Part shown: positions 51,001-62,850 of the stretch, in pieces
Layout of the letters: the number at the start of each line of letters is the position of its first letter
Position numbering within the stretch: the stretch's first letter is position 1
Source: Nymphaea colorata
Taxonomy: Eukaryota
NCBI RefSeq assembly: GCF_008831285.2
Contig: NC_045138.2
Coordinates: forward strand, 41,974,001 to 42,038,000
Reading direction: 5' to 3'
Length of the DNA stretch: 64,000 nt
Position numbers and translations under genes: made by a program
Notes under the pieces: generated by a model
Told to the model about the DNA's origin: nothing
Databases searched by the model: none
Seen by the model: the letters and a program-made list of their open reading frames with translations, nothing else

Positions 51001-53253
51001 CCATGGGAACTCAAGCAATCCGTCAAAATCATACTTCACATTTATAGTTTTTCCTACGTTCATGTTGCAATGTGACAGAACCCTCATATAATCTTCTTTT
51101 AAGAGATAAGGCATTCTCATAATTGCATAGTTTTGTCAAAAAAAGTGCATAGTCACCTGCTCCCACTGTCATGAAACACAGTAGCCTATATCCTCCCAAC
51201 CCCAAATTATTGATTTCTAGCTCCATGAGTGATACAGGCTAGTTTTGCTATCCAAAGGCTAGCATTTGCAAGGTATTTCATTCTCATCGTAGGCGACCAC
51301 ACTAAGTTGTGAAAAATTAATGAGGATGAACATCAACAGGCTAAGGTTTCGAAGACATGGTACCGTAACAATTCCTTTCTCCTTCTCTACTCTGAGTTTT
51401 CATATGAGCGTCTCCATTACAATGGGGTCACCATGCCTTAAGCCCATTTGAGAGTCAAAATACCGTTCTTCCCTGTGTTGATCACCACCACTTGAGATGC
51501 TGTGGAGACACAACACCAAATACAATCAATCGATTCTTGATGAAATCCTAAGTGTTCTAAGGCTCGTCTAAGGAATCTCCAATTTACCATATTGTATGCT
51601 TTGGAGAGATCCAGTTTTAAGAGCAAATAGACCTTTATGTTTATCCAAACTATTGGCTAACTCATGAGCTAACAAGATCCGGTCCTCATCTGGTCCTAGG
51701 TGAGCCTCGTAAGAGGAAAGACTCCTTGCTCAACCCCCAATATCCAGCCAAGGATATCCCACATGCGATGAGCAAAAATCTTTGTAAAGAACTTGTATAA
51801 GCTATTGCACAATGTGATTGGTCTATTGTCTTTGATCTCCACTACTCCTTGGTGTTTGGGAATGAGGACCAAGTGAGCTCTGTTAAGCTTCATAAACATC
51901 TTGCTAGATAAGAAGAAAACTTTGATAGCTGCGTAATGTTGGCCCCACCACATCCCAACATGACTTAAAGAAATCTGAAAGAAATCCATTTAGGTCCTAC
52001 GGCTTTATCATTTGCAGAGGAGAAGACAACTTTATGGATTACCTCAAATATTATTGGGGAGCTACCATGAGGGAACAGTTAGTGTTCATGTTCAAGAGGT
52101 ACCTATTAGTAGAAAGCACCCAGTCCAGACGACATTGCATGTTCTGTCCCCCAAAACGGTTGTTGCTTCATGTAAATGATTGAAATTCATCAACATTCTT
52201 GGATAAATTTCCTAAAGGATTCACAGGTTAAGTCGACTTACTATTTTTCTTATTGTGAGGACAACATCATATTAAATGTCCTATCAAGACAACATGTAAG
52301 TTCTATTGCATCACTCACTTTCAAATTCTTCAAGGAGTCTGCCCAGGTGGCAAGGTGACAATGGAGATAGACTCCATAGAGCACAAAATTATTTTGACCC
52401 AATCGATTATAGTATATAATTGTAATCTAGTATTTAATAACACTAATGGTAGTGACTTGAAGGACTAAGAGTTTTTAACCTATAACGATTCTAACAATGT
52501 CCTCCCAAAGTACATGATTGGTAAAAGAAGTAAAACTCTTATGCATATGACCACTTCTCCAAGTTGGTAGGGGAGAAAAAGGTGTCCAGTAGAACTATGC
52601 AATTGAAGTCATAGTAACAAATCATACACAACAGGTCTTGCTACGCAGAAACTCAAAGTAGACCTTGGACGTACCAGGAAATGAAGATAACAAAACTCAT
52701 TTATGGCTGATAAGGGAGAGAGAGAGACCAGGAACTAACCTTTCAATGTTCCAAGCTATCACTAGTAGAGACTAACTGCTGTTTTCCTCCAGCTTCCTTG
52801 GATGCAACCGTGGGGCTGCTGCCGCACCTCTCCTTCTCCATGATGGAGCAAGAATGATCATTAGGGCCTTCAAGATTGGCCACCCAACATGCGCTGGTTG
52901 AGTTCGCTGTTCACTGTAGCATCGTGGAACTGAAGCTTGCTTTGATTTGAGTCTCCCTCTTCATCACTAACGTCATCTTCGGATTGAGATTGAAAGCCCA
53001 GTTTGTTAGTGACTTCCTTAAGGGATCTTTTACTCCTTCTTTTCTTCCTGCTATAAGTGGATAAATCAAATGTTGTTTTTGTTCTACCGTGCTTGTTGTG
53101 GAATGAGCTCAGACTTGGTCTTTTAATTATCAGTGATATTTGCTGGGATGCTTTTGCTAGAATGTTTATTGAGTTTATCGCCATCGCTAAGGCTTCCCCT
53201 TGTTCTCCCAAATGATATGGAGGGGTAAAACCTAGTGAAGGGGGAGAGTTAAA

Positions 53254-56200
53254 TGTAAGATCATTTGGTGGGCCGGCATATGTCTATGAGGAATTTCAGA
53301 CATTATGGCTGTCTTAACGTAAATATCCGCTTAAGTGATTGTATTTTGGAATATTACGTCATTTTAGATGGTATGAGTGATTTTGAAATGTATAGATATC
53401 TGTATGCAATTACGGACTCTTTGATGGGTTGAATCCATAATTTCCCATAATATAAAATGGTATTGGTCCCTGGGGTCGTACGAATGGTTGGCAGAAACAT
53501 TGGTTTCTAGGGTGGTCTCTTCCCCATCTGAGAGTCACCACACGTGCATCACAAAGACCATGGAAGATCCTACTACAATCCGATCGTCCATTTGTTCAGA
53601 TGGATTCAGGTACGCTTCTGCTACAGTTAAGATTTTGTTTTCAATGATTTAGCATAAACATGATCCTGTTTAGGGCATATTGTTTTTGTATATGCATGAG
53701 GGAAATCTCCCATCAATTGATATCAGAGCCCTGTGTTCATTGTTAAATCGTTGATTTTTGGATGAATTTTTGTGCGTCCTTCCCTTTCGATTCTTCCCCT
53801 GTTCTCGGCTGCAAAATTTTTTTTCAAAAAAAAAAAAAAAGGGTCGACGGCTTCCGTTGCAGTCATTTGAGGATGCAGGAGGTATGGGGAAGGGGACGGT
53901 TAGTTCGGCGAGCGACCGTCACTGGAAGGCGATGGCTGGCTTCGGGTCGTCCTAGCATGACCTGCCAATGGGTGGCCTGCCGGTGAACCCCTTTTCGTCC
54001 GTCGCAGCCATTGAATAAGAAGAGGAAGGGAAAGGGTCAGAAGGGAGGGGCGACAGCCGTCGAAGGGCCACCACCGGCGACATAGCTGTCACCGAACGGG
54101 CCCATGAGACCGACCGATGCCCACCCAAGGTCGCCGGTGGCTTCCTCGCCGCTGCAGCAGCCGCCCAAATCCATTAAAGGGGGCAGATGTGCATAAGGTA
54201 GAAAACCGGCTGATTCCGGCCGATTTTCGGTGGGCGACGGCCGGCCGTCCTGGCGGCACCCACCGGCGGCCACCCACGAAGTTGGGTGGCCTGCCAGTGG
54301 AAGACCACCGCTCACCTGCCGAACGGGCGGTCGAGCGTGGGTTGGATCGGGTCGAGTCTTGACAGACCCGATCCAGATCCATCAGATTTAAAAAAAAAAA
54401 AAATTCGCAGCCTGCCCCGCCTGCATGCCCGTGTTTAAGTATACAGGGCAATGAATATGTGATAATTTTTAGGTTTTCATGTGAATAGTGAGTCAATCTA
54501 AAGATGGACTCGTTATTTGACAGGACTAATTATCTATATTCATTGTTGACCAAGAATACCACTTGCAGTTAATATTTAATCAAAAAATTAGATATTAATG
54601 TTGCACCGGTACCTTGTGATGGGATTTGGGCAATTGTATTTAAATTCATTTATATTTGTTATTTCATCTATGTACATGTATTGATTGTGAGCATGTTCGG
54701 TATTTTTGTTCTTTGTACAGTGAGTTCTGCTTCCATGATATTTGTAAATTTGAGTACTATTCCTAAGTTAAATTATTCGAATTTTAAAAGTAAGAAAAGA
54801 AAGACTATTAAGGAAGTTGCAATTGACCAGTCATTCATTAAGAAACAGAAGAAGCATAAGGAAAGCCAATGAGGCTGCTTTTTTTGTAAGGGTGAAGGTC
54901 ATATGAACAAGGATTGTGTTAAGTTTCATGCATGGCGTGAAAGGAAAGGTAAACTTCTTACTTTTGTTTGTTTTGAGGTTAATTTAACTTCAGTACCCAG
55001 AAATGTTTGGTGGGTAGATTTAGGTGCTACTACTCACATAAGTGTCTCTATGCAAGACTGCCTAAATTGTCGAACGTCAAATGATGTTGAAAGATTCATC
55101 TATGTGGGCGATGACAAGAAGTCGAAGGTTGAAGCCATAGCAGATTTTAGGTTATTGTTAAAGACTGGTTGTTATTTGAATTTGATAGAAACTTATGTGG
55201 TTCCATCTTTTAGATGGAATTTGATTTCTATCTCATCATTGGACAAATTTGGTTATTATTGTTCATTTGGAGATAGTAAATTTAAGTTATTTCTGCACTC
55301 AAATTTATTTGATAGCCACTGGTTCTTTGACTGGTAGCGATAACTTTTATTTGCTTGATACGGTTGCTTCATATCATGAAACCTTGCATGTTACGTCTAG
55401 TGGTACTAAAATAAAATTAGCCAATGAGAATTCTGCTATGTTGTGGCATAGGCGCTTAGGACGTATATGTGAAAAGAGAATAAAAGGTTTATGTCGAATG
55501 AAATTCTTGAGTCCCTTGATTTTACAGACTTTAATGTTTGCATAGAATGTATAAAAAGAAAACGAACAAACATTAAGAAAACAGGTGTAAGTAGAGCTTC
55601 AGACGTCTTAGAACTGATTCATCCAGATGTTTGTGGTCCATTCCCTACGGCTTGTTGGAATGGACAACAATATTTTATCACGTTCATAGACGATTATTCT
55701 CGTTATGGTTATCTGTATTTGATTCATGAGAAATCTCAATCCTTAGACGTTTTCAAATTATTTAAAGCCGAAGTTGAGAATCAATTAGGTAAAATGATTA
55801 AAGTCGTTAGATCTGACCATGGTGGTAAATACTATGGTAGATTTGACGGATCAGGTAAAACGTCCAGGGCCTTTCGCTAAGTACCTAGAGGAATGTGGTA
55901 TAGTCCCTCAATACACCATGCCGGGTTCTCTCAGAATGAATGGTGTAGCTGAGAGACGAAATAAGACTCTTATGGATATATATGGTAAGAAGTATGATTA
56001 ATCATTCTACCTTACCAGAGTCCCTCTGGGAAGAGGCATTAAAGACTTCAACTTACATTCTAAATAGAGTACCATCAAAAGCAGTACCGAAAACCCCATA
56101 TGAACTATGGACAGATAAAACGCCTAGTATGAGGCATTTTCATATTTGGGGATGTCCAGCTGAAGCGAGGCTATATAGGCCATACGAAAGGAAACTGGAC

Positions 56201-58935
56201 TCTAAGACGGTTAGCTGTTACTTTGTTGGGTATTCTGAAAGGTCAAGGGGTTATAAGCTTTATAATCCATCCAGTAAGTCTTTCTTTGAAATGGGAAATG
56301 CTCATTTCTTTGAGGATATTGAGTTTGGGGAAGGTGATCAGGTTAGAAACATTGCCTTTGAAGAGGGACCTGAGTCCACTCATACGGATGTTGTAACCAA
56401 TAGTCAGGTATTCATTCCTGCCATTGTTCCAACAGCATATTCAAAAAAAGACAATGATGTCGATCTCCCTACTGAAGAATAAACTCAACAACCTCAAGAA
56501 AATCAAGTAGAGGTGCCACTTAGGAGATCCACTAGAAAGAGGAGAAGTCAATTTCAAATGATTTTGTTTATCTCCAAGAACATGATGTTGATATGGGCTT
56601 AATGGAGGATGATCCTATTAATCTCTAGCAAGCAATAAAGAGTTCTAAATCTCATAAGTGGATAGATGCCATGAATGAGGAAATAAAGTCCATGATGCAT
56701 AATGACGTATGAGACATTGTTCCCTTGCTTGAAGGTGTGAAACCCATTTGTTGTAAATGGATATTTAAAATCAAGAGAGATTCATTAAGAAACATCAAAA
56801 GGTATAAGGCACGTCTTGTCGCAAAGGGCTTTACTCAAAAGGAAGACATTGATTATACAAAGACTTTCTCTCCAGTTTCATCGAAAGACTCTTTCATGAC
56901 TATAATGGCACTTGTGGCTCATTTTGACTTAGAGCTGCATCAGCTAGTTGTAAAGACAACATTTTTAAATAGAGACATTGATGAAGCGATATATATGGTG
57001 CAACCAGAAAACTTTATTTCAGGAGATGCAAAGAAAATTGTTTTCAAACTCAAGAAATCCATCTATGGGTTAAAGCAAGCTTCCCGTCAGTGGTATTACA
57101 AATTTCATCAAGTTATAGTTTCATTTGGTTTCAAAACTAATATGGTTGATGAATGTGTATACCAAAAGTTCAGTGGCGGTAAATTTATCTTTCTGGTTTT
57201 ATATGTCGATGATACATTGCTGGCATGTAATGATGTGAGTATATTACATGAAACTAAGAATTTTTTGTCAACTAAGTTTGACATGAAGGATCTTGGTGAC
57301 GCTTCCTTCGTATTGGGGATCCAGATATTTCGAGATTGTTCTCGGGGTATTATTGGATTATCACAAAAGGCCTACATTGATAAGGTGCTTCAGCGATACG
57401 ACATGAAGAATTGCAAACCAGGAGACACTTCAGTTGCTAAAGGAGACAAGTTTAGTCTCAAACAGCCTAAAAGTGAAATCAAATATAAGGAAATGGAAAT
57501 GATTCCCTATTCGTCTGTTGTGGGAAAGCCTTATGTATGCTCAGGTTTGTACTCGTCCGAATATTGCATTCATCGTTGAAATATTAGGCAGATACTTAAG
57601 TGATCCTGGTATGGATCATTAGAAAGCAGCCAAACGGGTATTGAGGTACTTACAAAGAACAAAATGTTTTATGCTCACATACAAGAAGTCAGATCAGTTG
57701 GAGATCATTGGGTATTCAGATTCTGACTCTACTGGGTGCCAATAAAGTAGCATAGCATGTTACGAGACATCCAATCATGCCTTATGGTTGCAGAATTTTG
57801 TTATGGGGCTGCGCATTATGAATGGTGTACAAAGACCACAAGGTTATTGTGTGACAATAATTCAGCAGTCATGTACTCTAATAACAGCCAAAGTTTATCA
57901 AAGTCGAAGCACATCGACATTAAGTTTTTGGCTGTTAAAGAGATGATACAGAATGGTCAGGTGTCTTTACAGCATATTGGGACAAACTTTATGATTGTGG
58001 ATCCGCTTACTAAAAGTTTAACACCTAAGGTCTTTCATGAATATGTTGTTCATATGGAGGTGTTATCCTTAGATGATGTGCTGGTTTAGTGGGAGTTTGC
58101 ATTTTGTTTGCTCTTATATATGGACGCATATTCAGTTTTCTATAGAATAAAGTTTAAAGTTATTTGGTTCCATTCTGTGTTTGTTTTAAGGTTTTAAAGT
58201 TGGACCAGTTGAGAATAGATATGTTGTAATCACATTACATGTAATTCTCATGCTATACATCCATATCAGATCTATGTCATTGATTGTGTTAACATTTGTG
58301 ATCATTGAAGGTTTAGCGAATTTTAATATAGCAAAAGCCGCTTTGGTTCTGTATTGATATAGTCATGGACGAGATTGGTGAAAATGATGTTTAATGAGAT
58401 AACAATTATGAGCTCCTCAGGTTTTATGTAATGTCTGAATGTATAAAGACATATTTGGCGTAAGTGAGAGATTGTAAGATCATTTGGCAAGCCGGCATAT
58501 GTCTATGAGAAATTTTTGACATTATGGCTGTCTTAACGTAAATATCCGCTTAAGTGATTGTATTTTGAGATATTACGTCATTTTAGATGGTATGAGGTGA
58601 TTTTAAAATGTATAAATACTTGTACGCAATTACAGACTCTTTGATGGGTTGAATCCGTAATTGCCCATAATATAAAATGGTAGTGGTCCCTGGGGTCATG
58701 CGAATGGTTGCTAGAAACGTTGGTTTCTAGGGTGGTCTCTTCCCCATCTGAGAGTCACCGCACGTGCATCGCAAAGACCCTGGAAGATCCTACTGTAATC
58801 CGATCGTCCATTTATTCAAATGGATTCAGGTACGCTTCCGCTACAGTTAAAATTTTGTTTTTAATGATTTAGCATGAACATGATCCTGTTTAAGGCATAT
58901 TGTTTTTGTATATGCATGAGGGAAATCTCCCATCA
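53254..58935 (+). mobile_element. Full-length Ty1/copia LTR retrotransposon (TAR/Tork-like, 5.68 kb) with decayed polyprotein
   Basis: LTRs 53254-53715 and 58473-58935 (TGTAAG...CATCA), about 7% diverged by manual count. PBS TGATATCAGAGCC at 53718. PPT AAGTGAGAGAT. TSD TTAAA/CTAAA. Motifs [72 protein letters not shown]. Confidence 0.96.
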
Positions 58936-60950
58936 CTAAACCTTTGCTTTGTCGTGGTAGTTGTCTGCTCCGTGATGGACATTGAGGAATTATCCCCAAA
59001 GGAACCTACCTCTTATTTGATGATTGAGTTTAGTCTTTTGTCAACAGATTTTTTTCAGTTCAGCCATCTGCTTTTTGGGGCTAGTTCCACCAACCGATTC
59101 CAATCATGTAGTCATGGCTACCACCCACAAGGGGACCTTGCTTTTCCCTTTTGATCACAGACTCCAAATTTTGCAGGACTTGAAAAGACTTTGTAGATGT
59201 ATTAACCGAAGGAAGGCCAAATTGATCTACAACAATATTCTTCCCATGTATTTTGTTGTTCTTCATAACCAAACTTTCTTTAAGCCCTCTAGAATATGTG
59301 TCTTCTCATGTAACGACAAAGGCATGAGAAAACCATTCATACCCTGAACTTCTTTCAAGCCTTCCATAACCCGAACTTCTATATAGTGGGTGTTTGCTCT
59401 ACAAGTAGTATAGAAGCAAAGACATTCCTCATACACTACTTCCTGAGGGAGGACCCCATTCGTCTCCAACCTCTAGATTGATGACATATTTGGAGACAAA
59501 GTTGGGTGGGACACTGATGCTTAGCCTACTAGGGAACTCCACTTTGAGCATACTCGTCGTAAGAAGATCTACCTCAATCAATTCACCCGAAGGGCTTTGA
59601 CTACTTCCTCAAACAATTGGATGTTCCAAAACAAGGTGGGTAGCCTGGGAGATGAAGGTATGTTTCAGCTTCATTTGCATGTTGAAAGTTTAGTGGCACT
59701 AGAGCCCTCCCTCTAAGCTTCTACGCTCGTACCTTTTGCTTAGGCGAGTCAACTCTGATAAGGAAGGAACCTCTCCCCAAAAAGGAAAAGGGAGTGTTTG
59801 GAATGTCCTTCCAGATTCTCTTTAGATCGGCCATCACAAAGCTATAATCCATATTTCCTCTAGGGACCGTTTGATGGCATGAAATTATGGAATTGGAAAT
59901 ATATTTCTGAAAATATATTTTCTGGAAAAAGAGAATGAGAAAAATATTTCCAATTCTCATTTTTATGAGAGTGTGATAACTGAGAAATATATTTCCAGAA
60001 ACATATTTCTGTGTTTGATTTTTAAGAAACATATTTCCAGATTTTTAAGAAACATTTTTAAGAAACTACTGAATTGGAAGTACCAAAGTTTTCGTTTGTT
60101 CAGTGCCTTGGTTTTCTTTATTAATGGCTGTGGCTGCCAGTGGTGTGAACAGTAACAAGTCCTGTTATATGAGAATCTTTTAGGAAACAACTTGTAGGTA
60201 CTTGAACAAGAGTGTCCAAGAGATATTGGTTCCAACTAAAGGACAAGTTCATCAAGCATATGCAGATCAGAGACATTCTTACTGTTCATATCTTCATCTA
60301 GACCTAAAAAAGCTTGCAAAAGCCAGAACATTTCGGTTGCTCCACGACAACAAACATATCTTTTTTCTTGCAGAATGTCGTTACAGATGCCCCACGGCCA
60401 AGATCTGGGTAATCTTCCTCCTCATTCAGTCGATATTCTTTCAACAAGTGCTAAATGAACGAATCACGGGCCAGGCAGATATGTGGATCGTTTGGTTGAT
60501 GCAGTGTAGTAACCTTACTTTCGTTGACCCTAAGAGCTTGTTAGAAACCTGACTTCGGCATTAAAAACTAGTTCTTTTGAACTAATTTGATGCCAAAACC
60601 AGGTTATTGACATGGACTTACCAGCATACAATGTATATCTTAAAACAAACTATGGATAGGATCACTGCAAAATTCACATACTACATTCAAATAACAAAGT
60701 TACAACAGGTTTAAGCACCACAGGGAAAGAAAGCACGCCATATGCCTTTTATCTTGTTGAAATGGAACAAATTCACAAGTTGTGATAGGAAAAAGGGAGC
60801 TTTTGAAAGGCTCCAGCATGGAACACAACCTTTTTGAATGAACTGCAACTGAGAACTCCGATTCACTTGATTCTAACATATCCCCTGTGCAGCTTCTTTC
60901 TCGGCAATATATTTAACAGCTGCCATAAACAATAGTTGAGCTTCACATTC

Positions 60951-61578
60951 TTAGCCGGTGCATGTCAGTCTGTCCAGCAAATCAGCTACGTTCCTCATCG
61001 AAGGCCTTCTTTCTGGATTGATATTGACACAATGCAATCTTGAAAACACCAATCATTTCCTCTTCCATTTGCATTTGGCGCAGAAGAACAGGCTCCACAA
61101 CATCTGAAAAAGGCTTCTTCTCATCCATACACAACTGAACCCAGCTCACTATGTCCATCTCTGAGGTCGACATCAAAACTTCTGTTGACCTACCAGTTAT
61201 CAACTCTAACCGAATCACCCCATACGAGTAAACATCCCACTTTTGCGATGGTTTTAGAAGTTTTGGTGCTTCAGGTGCTTGATACAGAATATCCCATCTC
61301 TGAGGTCATGCTTGTTGTTGCCTGCTATCAGTTGGTTGTTGCCTGTTATCAGTTGGTACGCGATTAGATTGCAAACCTGGTGACTCACCTGCAATGTTTG
61401 CCAGTCTCCCCAATCCAAAATCTGATATGTATGGTTCCATCATCTCCCCCAAGAGTATATTTGTAGGCTTCAGATCCCCATGGACATAATTCCTGACCAT
61501 GCAAGTAAGCCAGTGCCTTCGCAAACCCCTTTGCAATTCCAACTCTTACCTACCATACCAAGGGATTTTCGCTCTTCC
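60951..61578 (-). pseudogene. Captured last exon of an LRR receptor-like kinase (ZYGOTIC ARREST 1 / At2g01210-At1g25320-like), kinase C-terminal half
   Basis: Acceptor ctacaattacag|GG AAG (phase 1). Translation: [21 protein letters not shown] / [34 protein letters not shown] / [23 protein letters not shown] / [18 protein letters not shown] / [17 protein letters not shown]. Contains stops and frameshifts; no LRR or TM exon in the window. Confidence 0.88.
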
Positions 61579-62634
61579 CTGTAATTGTAGACAAAACAAA
61601 CCATGATTAGCACTAATAGGACAAAGAAAATCGACATGAAATTTCACATGTCCAGTTGTACATACTCAATTTGACCACCGCAATATGATCTGTTCAAGGA
61701 ACAATTCTTGGATAATTTTTACTGCACTAGTTTAACAACTGATATTAACTCTAGATAGATACAGCATTTTGCTGACAAGTTCTTTTCTACTCCACTATTT
61801 CAATGCCGAATATTAAATCTAGAAACATCTAGCAGTTTGCTGATCAAACAAAGGTAGAGATGAACTTCAAAGAAAAACAGATGATGCAAAGGAATGCTGT
61901 AGGTTGACAAACAGGATATTGGATGGTCGTATGCCCCACCAACCTCAGTCAGCTGGTTGTGATGGACCAGAAACACCAAGATAGAGGTTCATTGATGTAC
62001 ACTTCTCTGTACAGATTTAGGTACAAGGCATGCAAACAACAAAGCAGAATACAGTAGAGGCCAGACGGTAGAGAAAAGAGGAGCCTGAACTTGGATGAGC
62101 CTTCTAGTCTTTCCTCTCCTTCGCTTGGGGCTCAATACTAAAAGTTATACATAAAGTAAGAAGAGTATGGCGACAGGAAGAAGAAACAAGCAAACCTTCC
62201 CTCTCCAACTCAAAGTCAAAATACGTCGTACATAAAAAAGAGGGAAATGCAGGAATCGAGAAACGGGAAAGGGGAAGGAGATGATTCCAGAGCACAGGCA
62301 CAAAATGAAGAAATTGGGATTTCCAGAGCACAGGCACAAATTGAAGAAATTGAGATTTACCTGATAACAGAAAGTGACGATGACGACTCGACCAGCGAAG
62401 TGGACCGCCTCTCCTTCCCTCACCGGCCTGCACAAAAAGCCTTCACTCTTCTAGTGTCACTCCTCAAGCCTTCACAGATCTGCACAAAATATTGGCTGCT
62501 TTTCACGGCTGACGAACAGCGACGAGATCGAGAGAGAGAGAGAGAGAGATGGTTACCTATGGTGGAGAGGCAGAGATGCACAGATCTGATGAGGATCTGA
62601 TCTATGGCAGCGAGCAAGATGAGGTCGTTCTGCG

Positions 62635-62850
62635 AGAGAGACGAGGAGGGTAGCAGGAGAGTGAGAGGGCGAGAGAGACAACGAGGGGAGAAGGAGACTC
62701 AGAGGGTGAGAGAGACAACGAGGGGAGAAGGAGACTCAGAGGGCAAGAGAGACGCAGAGGGGATCAGGAGAGTGAAAGGGCGAGAGAGAGGACGAGGGAG
62801 CAGGAGAGTGAAAGGGCAAGAGAGAGGACGAGGGAGCAGGAGAGTGAGGG
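62635..62850. repeat. GA-rich 36-39-bp tandem repeats in the Harbinger-type element
   Basis: gagagacaacgaggggagaaggagactcagaggg twice and caggagagtgaaaggg..gagagaggacgagggag about three times. Confidence 0.8.

Noticed and set aside
53758..54496. GC-rich ORFs on both strands
   Set aside because: They lie in the copia leader (putative intron) and show no protein motifs.
60951..61578. Functional receptor kinase gene
   Set aside because: Stops and frameshifts, no upstream LRR/TM exon, and enclosed by TIRs and a TSD.
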